From NCBI GenBank assembly GCA_024704765.1, contig JAKMXF010000017.1, positions 23,292 to 87,291 on the forward strand: a stretch of 64,000 nt of DNA. The letters run 5' to 3'. The position numbers and the translations under genes were made by a program. Below the pieces are notes generated by a model, which worked only from the letters and a program-made list of their open reading frames with translations, ran no database searches and was not told the origin of the DNA. How positions within the stretch are numbered: position 1 is the first letter of the stretch; the number at the start of each line of letters is the position of its first letter. This stretch comes from Oopsacas minuta. Lineage: Eukaryota; Animalia; Porifera. Of the stretch, positions 46,159 through 57,691 are shown in pieces.

Positions 46159-49100
46159 ATGCAGAATATATCTCTCTCATCTCTACCCTCTCGCAGAGAT
46201 GATATCCTCCTTATCCTGGTCATTTGTTCTATTCTATTATTACTGATATATCTACATATACTGCAGAGGATCATAGCAAGAATTATATCTTTCCTAATCA
46301 ACATATACCTCAGGAAGAATAACTCATCTTTATTCATTTCCTCATTCACTTACTCCCCTCTCACTGGTCGTGTTGTACTTTACAGACTTAGATATGCGAC
46401 AAACTCGTACTGTATTAGATGTGATTATGTCGGTGTTGGACTAAATTGGCGGCTCTTTTTCACAAAATCAGCTGATCTAACAAATACTAGTTTAGTTATA
46501 TTGAATTTAAAAGGGCTATATTATCATTTGTATTACAGAGAGGAGACATATACAAGATTGAAGAATATATTTAGTCAATTGGATAAATCAACTTCTTTGG
46601 AAGAGATTGAAATAACAAAAGAAAATTATTCTCGTTTTTTCCCTTATTACTATAAAGTATATTTTCAAGTCACAAACGGCTTATTACTATTCGGTAATAG
46701 CTCAATACCAAAAGTATTAGCTTTCCAATTCAAAACAGCTTTCGGGACTTTTTCCACAGAGCCGACCTCCTCGCTAGAAGATCCTTACAAACGAATGTTC
46801 GTAGCTAGAACAAAATCTATGAAAATTGTCCTTCTTCCATCTTGTGCTAATTCCCCTGTCACTAAATCTCCATTCACAGAGCTGATACCAGACAAAGAAA
46901 ATACTTTTTTAGACACAAACGTATTCATTATAAAGTATAAATACGATGAACCGGGTATAGCACATGACGTCACACTACCTCCACCAGAATACACTTGCTC
47001 TGTATGGGTATCTCCTAACGCACACATCTATTACAGTCCCTGGACTAATCTACATAGACTAGCTTTACAACGTATGTTCTTCCCGTGGGACTATTGTATG
47101 CGAGATGTTGATCCTGTTCCCGTCCAGGGTAGGAAGAGAATTTATAACAACTTTTTGGTATCTTTTCAGATACTGACTGAATCTGATGCTAATTTACAGT
47201 TACATATTGGATTCAGTGATCCTAAATCTGCAGCTAACTATTCCCTATTGAATATATCATGTGCTAATACTTCTAGATTAACAATAGACTATCCCTGGAG
47301 AGAGACAGAGCTAGGCAACACTCCTAGGATATTTGGTACAGTCAATAACGTACATGTGTTCTCTCCTACATACACAATGCATGAAATAGCTGAGGTTAAA
47401 GTGTTCCAGTTCAATCTATCAATGCACTTTCCGCGTAAATGGAACGGGCTACAGAAATGGATATACGATTTTAATGTAGAACACGCCCGTATTAATTTTG
47501 TATTCACACATTTGGATTTTTTTGATGCTCTGTTGGAGGATTGGAATTCATTACCGGATAAACCACCTGATATACAAACATTTGTGCCACTCAATTGGCA
47601 AATTGATGCGAAATTCAATTGCTTTCAGATATTCACATTCTTGAATCAGTATAACTGGATTAACACTATCCCTGGTTCAAAGGATAATACATTATTAGCA
47701 TTTATTGGTAAGAGAGGGAGGATTAAAGCTAATTTCCCATTCATTGACTATCACCCAATGCGTCAGGAGATTACATTCTCTGCTATGGGAGAGAATATGA
47801 TTGGAAGATTGTTTATACCACATTCTCTCTCCGTAAGGGATTCTATATTCAGTCTGAATGAGTGCAACAAAGACCGCTGGACATGGCCTACTCTATCAGA
47901 GCCTGTTTCTGCTTGTCAAGAGTGTGTTATCGATTCTCATATTGGAGATGCGTTTGAAGAGGATTGGATTACGCTAGGTATGGGTCCGTTCTTGATGATA
48001 GACTGCTCATTCACGTATACACCGGAAACTCATCATGATCAGGCAAATTCTGAGCCTAACAACCTGAAGATATTTGTAGATATAACTGATTTACTAGCAA
48101 GATTGTACGGTTCGTTAATTAATATACTGCTGAGTTTGAAGGAGAATTATCCTGGAGAATACCAGATACATCAACCTTATACAGAATCTGGTCCTGCTAT
48201 CCCATACGGCGGTATACCAATTCCTGGGAAAGGCACTGTCAGTCCGTTAGAGGTAGAGCTTGTGTTTAATCTTAAACAAGCTCAATTAGAACTGCCAAAC
48301 TTCCCTAACCCATGGGACAATGATTGTCCTATACTCCCTTCCTTATACGCAAACTTCATTGAGATATCATTCCATAGAATAATCGATCAGTCTTCAATTC
48401 GTATAATAACAGATCCTATATTCATGACAGGAGGTTCCTCTAAACAAAGAGATCAGGATTTGGTGGAAATGGGGTTTGGTTTTACTGAGAAGGTTGAGTT
48501 CTACGGACAATCAATGCTCGGACAAACTAATGGGGAATGGCAGGAGTATGCGTGGCTGGTTGGAGCTAAACTTGGTCCTATAATTTCTGTTTGTTCTCTC
48601 TCTCAGTTATCAGAGATTGTCAGCTGGCTGCAAACAGCATTCTACCACGCAACAGCAACGGAAGATAGTTATGTGTATCCTAAACATCAATACTGTGCTG
48701 GAGAGCAGGATATTGAAATGCCAGGAAGTAAGCTGAAATATCAATTCATACTCTTAGAAGTTGAAAAGGTTGATTTTACTATTTTCCAAGATTGTGGTGC
48801 TTCTCTCCTGATAGAAATGCCAAGTTTAACATTAGAATTCTGTAATCTACATACATGTAGCTACTCCCATGGGTTATCACTGTTAATACAGTCTCTAACT
48901 GTATCTGTGTTAATTCCGTCTATTTTATCAGCTGATTGGGTAGAAGTAGGGTATGCTAATATAGGACAGATATTGGTACAAAGTGAAATGAAGCTTGTGG
49001 AGAATCAGAGTATTGAGAAACAACGTGCATTCCTAACGCAGGCTGACGTTGCTAAGCATTTATGGTTTCTATATCCAGAGAAAGCTAAGCTAGACAGCAA

Positions 49101-52100
49101 TAAGAGGATACTGTGTGGTTGTAAAGGAGGTTGTTTCTATTTAGGTAGTGACGTCATGAGTTCTGTTATTGATTGGCTGCCTCATCTTAAAATGTCTCGC
49201 GAAATTAGGCGGGCTCCGTTATCCGATTATTTAGATTTTCTAACACCACCGATTGGTAACGAAGTTCATTCTTTTTCGAATCTGAACTCTCTATTCGGTT
49301 TCCTTCTCCGTTCATTTTACAAGACAGAATTAGGTGTTTCTGAGGCTGAATCTTCCTCCGCGATAGAAAGGTTTCAGTCTATCAATACGAATAGCACTGA
49401 TAGTAACGAGCTTACCTCAGAGACCGCATCATTCTGTAGTGCCTTCTCTCACTTACCTAGTGTAACAGATGGAGACTCTCGTGTTAGTCTTAACAGTGAT
49501 GATTCTAACCACACATCTATACCAGAGGAATTACCTGTCCCAGAGAGCTTTCTCTCACAATTCCGTCTTAAAGTAAGATTCTTAAACACTAATACTACAT
49601 ACCACCTCTTCCAAATGATGCATGATATAAGACAGGTTAATCCTGATTACTTCCATGACGCTCACAAAGATGTTTATCAGACAGAAATTGATCCTCTAAC
49701 CGTCGATGCTTTCATAACTAACCCTCTCCCACATAGAAGACTCAAATTCTCTCTTCCTCATTTCTCAGATTGTAAAACAGCTCGTCTTACACTTCATCCC
49801 AATATTATGAATATTCCTACAGAGAATCAAGCTAGATCCGAGCCTTCTGAATCAAATACAATGATGTCATTACAAATCAGTATAATACAGAATGTAGATA
49901 TATACGCTACCACCAGTGTATTTAAGGCTATTACAACTCTACTGGAGTCTGTACAGGATACTCTTATAACTCCACATCCATTACATTTGCTCAATAGAGT
50001 CAGGAATGATTTTATTAGCGAAAATTCTAGTAGTTCAGATCTTATCAAACTGTCTGAAGTTAAGAATGAATCGTTTTCTATTTCAATATTTATCAATCCA
50101 GACGTAAATTTGTTCTTTACTTTAGTTCGTAATACTCCCATCTATCATGACTTTGATACGCGGAATAATAGTGATGAAAAGCGCAGGTTTACATTCTACT
50201 CATTCATTTCAGTTGTTATATCCTCATCTCTTCTCCAGATACAAGTTTCTACATCTTCATCATCTAGAAATGATATAACAGCATCTCTCCCTGATACTAG
50301 TTTGCTAACTAACCAAGGCATCAGAGCTGGATTTCATTTATCAATTCTATCCTTGCTTCTACAGAGCGGATTGTTATTCTGTTTACAACCTGAATACACT
50401 AGTGAGAGTATATCGCAAGCTTTTGAGCATATTCCCAGTAAACAGACGAAGTACAAGTTCCATACTCCTGGTGAAGGTAAGTTCATTTCTCTCTCTCAAT
50501 TTGAAACTGGTTTGGATGAAATTCTTGTCACAGGCTGTATTAAACAGAGTAGTGATAAGAAATTGAAATTCGTTAGTAAGTGGTGGTCTCTGTTAAGTCG
50601 TACAGATAGTTTGTATGGGAGTTTAGATGCACGTTGTGCTGGATTCTTCTTCCATCTACCTTGTGCTAGAGATGTCGATCTTATTAAGAAGCATATAGCT
50701 CCATCTTGGATTACAACTTTGATATTATTTGTAGATGAAGTTCATTCAGAAGTAATGCCAGTCCTTAGCTATGCTAAAGAGTTAATCGAATTACGGAAAT
50801 CTTGGTCACAAGATATATTTATATCTCTCGCAGCTGTTACGCTAGGACATGATTTTAGAAAGAAACAGGTGAGTCCGTTTTTCGATGAAAAATCTAGATA
50901 TCTCCACTCATGTTTGGGTTTAGAATTCTTGAATATTATTCAATCTATTTTCTTAATTGAGAAAGAATCTACTGTGTTAGAACATATTCCCAGTAAACTG
51001 ACGAAAAAGTATAAAATCAGAATTTTGGATTCTCTTTTCGCCAATTTTATATTCAGAAAATTATCATATAATTCTATTAATTTTGACATTGACATTAACA
51101 GGAAAGAATTCATTAAATTCTTTTCATCAACCTCCTGGAGAGATAAACTCTTTATTTTATTTGGATCTTTTGAAAATATTTTCACACAATTTGACTTCAT
51201 TCCTAATAATTTCAAAAGTGAATTGACTGCAGTAAATGTATACATAAGAATCCAAAAGTTAGTTGTTTTAATCTCACAGAATCCTCAACGTAGATCTCTA
51301 GTAATACCCGAACCAACTCCATTACTGTCAATTGAACCAGTTGTCTCTTCAATTAAAGTGAATAACGATTCTCCATTATGTCGTATACCCCGTTATTACG
51401 TTGGTAAGAATGACGAGCCACAGAAGCGTTTGAAACTTCACATAACCTCAACAATATGTATCTCAAAGCTAGTACTGCATTTTGAAGTAGAAGATATGAT
51501 TCTTATTTACACATCAATACTCGGTCTTAAAACTCATCTGACAACAATGCGTGACGAGTTTCCTTCAGGAATTCGCACTGATCCCCACCAGTTGACAATG
51601 TCTATACTAAAAGCTAGCAATCGTATGTGGCATGATTGGGCTAATAATTGGATTGATATGAATGATCAGTTAGAGGAAATTAAACAATCTACTCCATTTA
51701 GGTATAGTACTTTTTCGAACCCAAGATTCCGTTCTGCCCCTACTAATATCACAAATACATTACTATCTCCATTGCATAAAACCACAAGATACGAGCAGAT
51801 ACGTATTTCAGATATTGAGAGTGGATCTGGATCTAATGCTACTACGTCATCTGACAATTACATCTCTCCATATGAAGGAGAAAACAATTTGAATTTATTC
51901 TTTGCATTACAAATCGATAATGTGTCCATATTCTCTCCTGATGAAGTGAACTTTAACCTTTCATTTGAATCTATTACTCTTTCATCTCTTGTGAAGAGTA
52001 ACATCCATCATTCAAAGAATACATTGTCTATTCATGATGATTTTACTAGTCTGTTGACTATTGGTGTTGGTAAAGGTAAACTATACATTACAGATGCAGA

Positions 52101-55100
52101 CACACATGCTGATCTCTTGCAATCCAGACTCAAGCCATTCCAAGGAATTGCCATGGTTACGCTGAAGAATGGCTATCAAGAACGAGGCTTGCTGCCTTCA
52201 CTAGAACATCTCCATTACATGTTACATCTCAACATAAATGATCTCAAAATTAACATTCTACGTCCTCCTGATCTCCTGTTCGACTCTATATCTAAAATAG
52301 CTGTTAAGCTAGTACACGATATTTCAACTATTGTGAATTCATATTACTCTCTGGAAATGGAGAATCCAATGTATGCGCGGCGTAAAAAACGAGAGAATAC
52401 GTTCTCACCGAATTTTTTCTATGACCCCTCACTTCCATTTAATCTCCCTAGTGGCTCAATACTGCTAGATTTCAATTCTGCTGTACTGAATATAGAAGCA
52501 TTAGAGAGTATATCTCTACAATATGAATTCAGTGGCTTTAGAATCTCTCTTGCTACAGCCCCACAGAATATGAGATTGTCTGTACTCATTGATTTGCATG
52601 TGATTCTTGCCATCTCTAAAATAACTGGTAACCCTTTGGATACGCTAAATATTCCTAAGATTGAGACAGTTTTCGAAGTAAAGTCTCTAAAGCCAATCAC
52701 ATTCATACCAACACTATCTATTCAATCCATCAATCTCTACTTCTCCGTAGACCTGATCAACCAGATTACTGCGCTAATAATCGCTTACATGTATGAGAGT
52801 CGTAAGCTGTATTATGACCTTAAACCGTATCTACCCAAAACTTCATACGAAGATTCGACACTACATCCTCAAAGTGAAATGCCTGTTCAAGTCCGAGAAG
52901 CAACATTTTCCATTTTAGATCTGCTTCATTCTGTGAAGATACATCTTGATCCGATAAATGTATCTCTTACGTCATCCGCACTCACAATGCGACTCGCTAC
53001 CACTACAATAGACATTAACATTAAGAATCCAAATGCGTTTAATTACAGAAGGAATCTGAACAAAATTCAGTCTGGTAAATTCATTTTAATGGAGAAGATA
53101 CAGTTTGATATCTCTCTAACTCTCAGTATCAGATACAATCCTCGAGCAGAACCTCATGAATTAGCTTACTTTAGAACCAGAATATTGACTGAGGATAGTA
53201 TTAGCTCTGATGTACACGAGAATATTGGAGATATCAGTCATTTTGAAGAATATTCAAATTCAAAACATTTATTCCTACTAACTATAGTCAGTCCGCATCT
53301 CTATCTCCCTACCTTCGCAATGGAGAATATTTTCACTTACATTATACATTGGCATGGAGGCTATTTATTCTGGCAGAGACAAGTACGTCATCATGACTAC
53401 ACAGCTGGTAATATAACGCCTACTATTCCAGTTCGAACATATCCTGAAAGAGTCAACCCAACTCCTTCATTCTTTGATTTCTTCAGTTCAACTATATTTA
53501 TGATTACTATTAAAGATCTTGGTATTTGTATTCCAGTCACCTATCAAGCCAGATTGTCGCCAAATGTTCCTATTCATGCTTTTTTATGCACTGTAGCTCA
53601 TACAAGTGTGAGTGCATTGTTTGGCAAACGTTCAGGAGCAGTAGGAACCTTCAAAGATTTCAGGCTTGGTTTCCAGAGTCAATTTAACCCAAGTCATGGG
53701 ATATGGTCTATCACTAATGTACGTACGACACGACCATTGAATTCTGGCTGTGTTGAACAGGGAACTTGTAAGCTCTGTTTCACATACTCCCTTGAGGATT
53801 ATATGAATCAGGGCAAAAGAGACAGAGTTCAAGTTAGGTTAGTATTTGATATGGCAGGTTTTGAGAGTCATATGGATAGCGGAATAGGTTTCTATCTACC
53901 AGCTCTTATCAAGAGTATTACCAATGTAGCTTCTGGTATAGAAGCAGTACAGGAATCTACTAGTTATGATGCACAGGGTAGCTTACGACGTACTAGCTTT
54001 ATACAAGAGGAATCCGTTTCTAGATCTCAAGCAAGGAGCGGGGTATCCGGGACCATTACTGAACGTAGACACACTCAGAAATCTGATCAAGGTGATTGGG
54101 CTAACCCTAATCTTTCAGATAAGGAATTCAGTTCTCTTGTGTCTGATACCATAAGGAACACACCCTCTCAGTTGTCCAGTCAAGGTAGCGATAAATTATT
54201 CTCTGAGGATGATATAACTCCCAGAAAACAAGATGATCTGGTTGGATTCCTACAAGCAATAGATCTTGATGTGAATATATCAATAAAGATAGCACACGGT
54301 AAAGTACTGATAGACAGTACAGAGCGTAATCAAGGCATGGAAGAAACTAAATTGTATAAGAGATTTGCTTCTTATCCCTTGTTCCATAATCCATCTATAA
54401 TCTCTTCTAATTACTCTTCTGATGAAGCATCGGGTAATGACTACAATCACCATGCATTCTCTGAATCATCTACTTTGTATATTCCTGGATTAGATATTTC
54501 TGTCAGTTACAATTCTTCTATTCACAAAGATAAGAATTATGTGAGTGGATCATCGATTGGTGACTCTACAATGCCTGCATCACCTCCATGTCTTAAGTCT
54601 CTCCCTGCAAGACTACACGCCCTGGTGATGATAAGATCTGTCCCCAGAGAAATGCGTATCTTACCAACTTTAATTGAGTTCTTAGACAAGATAACTCAGC
54701 CGATTAGCAACTTTGCTCAGAGCACTTCCTTCCTGCTAGGGGCAGGTTCTAGTGTACCTCCATCTGACCATCAGCCTAACATCCTAGCAGACGATACCCC
54801 CTCAAGTGAATTCTTCCCTATAGACGTGCTAATCAGTATACAATTACAGCCTATGATAGTAAAGCTATCCTGTCTACCCATTTCTCGAGTTGAAGCGATT
54901 CTCCAAACTCCACAGATTGATATCATGAGTTCTTTCACTATATACAAACAAAGAGACCCAGATTTTGAGACTTCTTTTTCATTCAAGTTGTTACGTTCTT
55001 ATTTACATCAGCATGATATACTTAATTTGTATTTCATGACAAACTTTAACCTCACATTCTATCTCTCAAAGTTATCACTCTCCGTGTCCAGTTACCTACA

Positions 55101-57129
55101 GACAACTCAGGAAGAATCCAATCAATCTAAGACAAGAGATGCTTTGAGAGTTCAGCTAGACAGAGCAAAGTTTAACCTATTCAGGAGGAAAGCTAACTAT
55201 TCACTCGACACTGATTACAATTCATTTCCTGTGTCTACTATTGACTTCTCACTGGTAGCAGTGATCGGGAAGCTATTCTTCAAATACGACATGAGACGTC
55301 TGACAGATGTCACTACATTCAGGAAATGCTGGTATCGTCAGGGGTTTATGAATTTGATCTTTCTGGGTGCGAATCTAGCTAATGCTCACCCTTCAGAACC
55401 GAAGCCTCCTAAAGTGAAAGAAGTTAATGCGATAGAATCTGCCTCAATAGTTATCTTCTCTCTACAGATACGTGAATGTGAAGTTGTATGCAATTTAGCT
55501 GATTTAATGGGAGACTGTGATTTCAATACAAAGTCTCTGACAATTAACGGTCATATGGGACATAGAGCACAGAATTTAATGCTACTATCAATCAAAGTAT
55601 TAATGGAACAAGCTAAATTCCTAGCTCAGGGTGGTGTGATAGCTGGTAATACTGGGTTAGATAATGCTAATTTCTATCTATCTATCTCCAAAAGTCAAAT
55701 ACACAAGTTGCCTTCTCATAGACTCTCTTTTGATGTGTTTAGCTTTGATGGACGACTGAAATACATGGGATTGACTGTATTAACGTTGGAAACTTGTGAG
55801 ATTAAAACTATAGGTAGGGACTCTTGGGATGAAACTTTAGGAGATCTCACCTTGAAACTACATTTTGATATTGAATGGAAACTTTTTAGAATGATGCTTA
55901 CTCGATCTACAAGCGATTCTATCCTGAAAATATTTGAGCGTCTTCAACGATTCGTAGATGAACAACAGAGACGTTCTAGGAAGATGCTGGCTCGCTTATT
56001 ACCTAAAGATCGTCCACCTGTTGTAGCTTCTCTCATGGCTAAAATGGAGAATGAGAAAAAACTTGAACCACCAATAAACAAACTATTTTCCGTAAGTTGG
56101 CTGTGGGCTGTAGAGAATGGAGTTTTCCGTTTGATTGAGAACTTAGGATTTACCTTTTCAACTTGTGCCGACCTTCATTTAGGCGGAAATGTCAATATTT
56201 CTGGGGGAGGATTCGCTATAGCGTTTAGTCCTTCTGATAATTTCCTGATTGACACTTGGACTGTAATCTCTGTAACAGGATTGTTGATTAAATTCAATAC
56301 TGTCGCAATACCAGGTCTTATGTTAAAAGATAGAACAGGCACTGATTCGGTTAATAGTTTTGCTCAAAGGATTTGCCAGCAATCATTCCGGATTGAGTTA
56401 TTGGATAGAGAGACGGGTGGAGCTTTTGAAGAGAAGGCAGGTGTGTATAAAGTTGTACGTACAAAAGGTCCTGTCCCTCCAGCAGATACTTCTACTAGGG
56501 GATGGCTAGATTACACTTGTATTGAGTCGAAACTTCGGATTTGCCCCCAACGAGAACAATCTGAAACATCAAAATACAAAACTAAGACTTCTCCTATTCC
56601 TATACTCTCATTCCCTTCCTGCTTCATACAACTTATTAGTGATCATTTTTGTATTGGAAATATTGATACTAAAGATATTCAAACTCGTGTTGAGTGTAAT
56701 TTCGATTCTAGTTTCTACGGAGAAGTAGCTGTAACTACGAATGTAGATTTATATTTATTCCTTCATGACCTATTCAAGGTTTATATTCAGAGACTTAAGG
56801 TTATAGCTGAAAAACAAACTGATGAAAAACCTAAACAAACAACTTCGGATTCACCAGTAGATACTAGAACATTCATCTGCGATTTCTGGCATTTAGAACC
56901 AATGCTTAATGTAATGTCTATGGTTTCGTGGGGTTCTGGTAGCGTTAACCCTCACATTGATTGGTTGTTAGATAAACTAAGCTTGAATAAAGCACGTACT
57001 ACCATACCCAAATGCATTCAACGTGGTGCTATGGATCCTATTGATCATCTTCTATCTCTATTTCTTAAGAGGCTATTATTATTTTCTGCTGGTAAGAAAT
57101 CTTTCTCTGATATGCTAGATTCGAATTAG
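46159..57129 (+). CDS. BLTP1: Bridge-like lipid transfer protein 1 (KIAA1109/Tweek/Csf1 homologue), single 10.97-kb ORF
   Basis: N-terminal TM then ISSFTYSPLTGRV...; HFPRKWNGLQKW...DWNS..PPDIQTFVP; C-terminal FICDFWHLEP...ARTTIPKCIQRGAMDP, all matching remembered BLTP1 conserved blocks. Confidence 0.93.
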   Translation: MQNISLSSLPSRRDDILLILVICSILLLLIYLHILQRIIARIISFLINIYLRKNNSSLFISSFTYSPLTGRVVLYRLRYATNSYCIRCDYVGVGLNWRLFFTKSADLTNTSLVILNLKGLYYHLYYREETYTRLKNIFSQLDKSTSLEEIEITKENYSRFFPYYYKVYFQVTNGLLLFGNSSIPKVLAFQFKTAFGTFSTEPTSSLEDPYKRMFVARTKSMKIVLLPSCANSPVTKSPFTELIPDKENTFLDTNVFIIKYKYDEPGIAHDVTLPPPEYTCSVWVSPNAHIYYSPWTNLHRLALQRMFFPWDYCMRDVDPVPVQGRKRIYNNFLVSFQILTESDANLQLHIGFSDPKSAANYSLLNISCANTSRLTIDYPWRETELGNTPRIFGTVNNVHVFSPTYTMHEIAEVKVFQFNLSMHFPRKWNGLQKWIYDFNVEHARINFVFTHLDFFDALLEDWNSLPDKPPDIQTFVPLNWQIDAKFNCFQIFTFLNQYNWINTIPGSKDNTLLAFIGKRGRIKANFPFIDYHPMRQEITFSAMGENMIGRLFIPHSLSVRDSIFSLNECNKDRWTWPTLSEPVSACQECVIDSHIGDAFEEDWITLGMGPFLMIDCSFTYTPETHHDQANSEPNNLKIFVDITDLLARLYGSLINILLSLKENYPGEYQIHQPYTESGPAIPYGGIPIPGKGTVSPLEVELVFNLKQAQLELPNFPNPWDNDCPILPSLYANFIEISFHRIIDQSSIRIITDPIFMTGGSSKQRDQDLVEMGFGFTEKVEFYGQSMLGQTNGEWQEYAWLVGAKLGPIISVCSLSQLSEIVSWLQTAFYHATATEDSYVYPKHQYCAGEQDIEMPGSKLKYQFILLEVEKVDFTIFQDCGASLLIEMPSLTLEFCNLHTCSYSHGLSLLIQSLTVSVLIPSILSADWVEVGYANIGQILVQSEMKLVENQSIEKQRAFLTQADVAKHLWFLYPEKAKLDSNKRILCGCKGGCFYLGSDVMSSVIDWLPHLKMSREIRRAPLSDYLDFLTPPIGNEVHSFSNLNSLFGFLLRSFYKTELGVSEAESSSAIERFQSINTNSTDSNELTSETASFCSAFSHLPSVTDGDSRVSLNSDDSNHTSIPEELPVPESFLSQFRLKVRFLNTNTTYHLFQMMHDIRQVNPDYFHDAHKDVYQTEIDPLTVDAFITNPLPHRRLKFSLPHFSDCKTARLTLHPNIMNIPTENQARSEPSESNTMMSLQISIIQNVDIYATTSVFKAITTLLESVQDTLITPHPLHLLNRVRNDFISENSSSSDLIKLSEVKNESFSISIFINPDVNLFFTLVRNTPIYHDFDTRNNSDEKRRFTFYSFISVVISSSLLQIQVSTSSSSRNDITASLPDTSLLTNQGIRAGFHLSILSLLLQSGLLFCLQPEYTSESISQAFEHIPSKQTKYKFHTPGEGKFISLSQFETGLDEILVTGCIKQSSDKKLKFVSKWWSLLSRTDSLYGSLDARCAGFFFHLPCARDVDLIKKHIAPSWITTLILFVDEVHSEVMPVLSYAKELIELRKSWSQDIFISLAAVTLGHDFRKKQVSPFFDEKSRYLHSCLGLEFLNIIQSIFLIEKESTVLEHIPSKLTKKYKIRILDSLFANFIFRKLSYNSINFDIDINRKEFIKFFSSTSWRDKLFILFGSFENIFTQFDFIPNNFKSELTAVNVYIRIQKLVVLISQNPQRRSLVIPEPTPLLSIEPVVSSIKVNNDSPLCRIPRYYVGKNDEPQKRLKLHITSTICISKLVLHFEVEDMILIYTSILGLKTHLTTMRDEFPSGIRTDPHQLTMSILKASNRMWHDWANNWIDMNDQLEEIKQSTPFRYSTFSNPRFRSAPTNITNTLLSPLHKTTRYEQIRISDIESGSGSNATTSSDNYISPYEGENNLNLFFALQIDNVSIFSPDEVNFNLSFESITLSSLVKSNIHHSKNTLSIHDDFTSLLTIGVGKGKLYITDADTHADLLQSRLKPFQGIAMVTLKNGYQERGLLPSLEHLHYMLHLNINDLKINILRPPDLLFDSISKIAVKLVHDISTIVNSYYSLEMENPMYARRKKRENTFSPNFFYDPSLPFNLPSGSILLDFNSAVLNIEALESISLQYEFSGFRISLATAPQNMRLSVLIDLHVILAISKITGNPLDTLNIPKIETVFEVKSLKPITFIPTLSIQSINLYFSVDLINQITALIIAYMYESRKLYYDLKPYLPKTSYEDSTLHPQSEMPVQVREATFSILDLLHSVKIHLDPINVSLTSSALTMRLATTTIDINIKNPNAFNYRRNLNKIQSGKFILMEKIQFDISLTLSIRYNPRAEPHELAYFRTRILTEDSISSDVHENIGDISHFEEYSNSKHLFLLTIVSPHLYLPTFAMENIFTYIIHWHGGYLFWQRQVRHHDYTAGNITPTIPVRTYPERVNPTPSFFDFFSSTIFMITIKDLGICIPVTYQARLSPNVPIHAFLCTVAHTSVSALFGKRSGAVGTFKDFRLGFQSQFNPSHGIWSITNVRTTRPLNSGCVEQGTCKLCFTYSLEDYMNQGKRDRVQVRLVFDMAGFESHMDSGIGFYLPALIKSITNVASGIEAVQESTSYDAQGSLRRTSFIQEESVSRSQARSGVSGTITERRHTQKSDQGDWANPNLSDKEFSSLVSDTIRNTPSQLSSQGSDKLFSEDDITPRKQDDLVGFLQAIDLDVNISIKIAHGKVLIDSTERNQGMEETKLYKRFASYPLFHNPSIISSNYSSDEASGNDYNHHAFSESSTLYIPGLDISVSYNSSIHKDKNYVSGSSIGDSTMPASPPCLKSLPARLHALVMIRSVPREMRILPTLIEFLDKITQPISNFAQSTSFLLGAGSSVPPSDHQPNILADDTPSSEFFPIDVLISIQLQPMIVKLSCLPISRVEAILQTPQIDIMSSFTIYKQRDPDFETSFSFKLLRSYLHQHDILNLYFMTNFNLTFYLSKLSLSVSSYLQTTQEESNQSKTRDALRVQLDRAKFNLFRRKANYSLDTDYNSFPVSTIDFSLVAVIGKLFFKYDMRRLTDVTTFRKCWYRQGFMNLIFLGANLANAHPSEPKPPKVKEVNAIESASIVIFSLQIRECEVVCNLADLMGDCDFNTKSLTINGHMGHRAQNLMLLSIKVLMEQAKFLAQGGVIAGNTGLDNANFYLSISKSQIHKLPSHRLSFDVFSFDGRLKYMGLTVLTLETCEIKTIGRDSWDETLGDLTLKLHFDIEWKLFRMMLTRSTSDSILKIFERLQRFVDEQQRRSRKMLARLLPKDRPPVVASLMAKMENEKKLEPPINKLFSVSWLWAVENGVFRLIENLGFTFSTCADLHLGGNVNISGGGFAIAFSPSDNFLIDTWTVISVTGLLIKFNTVAIPGLMLKDRTGTDSVNSFAQRICQQSFRIELLDRETGGAFEEKAGVYKVVRTKGPVPPADTSTRGWLDYTCIESKLRICPQREQSETSKYKTKTSPIPILSFPSCFIQLISDHFCIGNIDTKDIQTRVECNFDSSFYGEVAVTTNVDLYLFLHDLFKVYIQRLKVIAEKQTDEKPKQTTSDSPVDTRTFICDFWHLEPMLNVMSMVSWGSGSVNPHIDWLLDKLSLNKARTTIPKCIQRGAMDPIDHLLSLFLKRLLLFSAGKKSFSDMLDSN

Positions 57130-57691
57130 AGATTAATAATACTGGATTAGTTGATACCAAATATTTGTATATAATAGTATTTGATATTTCAATCCTCATG
57201 TTTCTGGCTCGTTTATAATTCTGTGATCATTTCCTCTTACCTTTTTAATACAAATCACAAGTACGTAGTTACTTTAATATTTCGGGATCTGGCAAAACCG
57301 AATCAGTGTTAAATTAGAGTCCTGACACATAGGCGACAATTGGGGTACTATGGAGCCTAATAGTCACTTACGTGTCAGTTAATTTTTTTGGTGAGATTAT
57401 TATTTAGTGAGATTTTCATGGATTAGAATCAAATGTAGCCTCCCTAAATGTAGTTCTAAAAGAAATCTAGGCCAGACCAATTTTTTGTGACAGGCCTTAG
57501 GCAACTCTTAGAAGTGGGAACATATTACTCATTGACCATGAAGGTTTAAATATTGATGGTCGAAAAACTGTCTACTGCCTTGATTTCCCATTCCTATCTG
57601 TTGAGAATCACTGTATTATCCGTGTTTATACTATGTATTCAGAATTTCTTGTTTTGTATACAGCACTTAACAATAATATTTAGCTCTGTGC

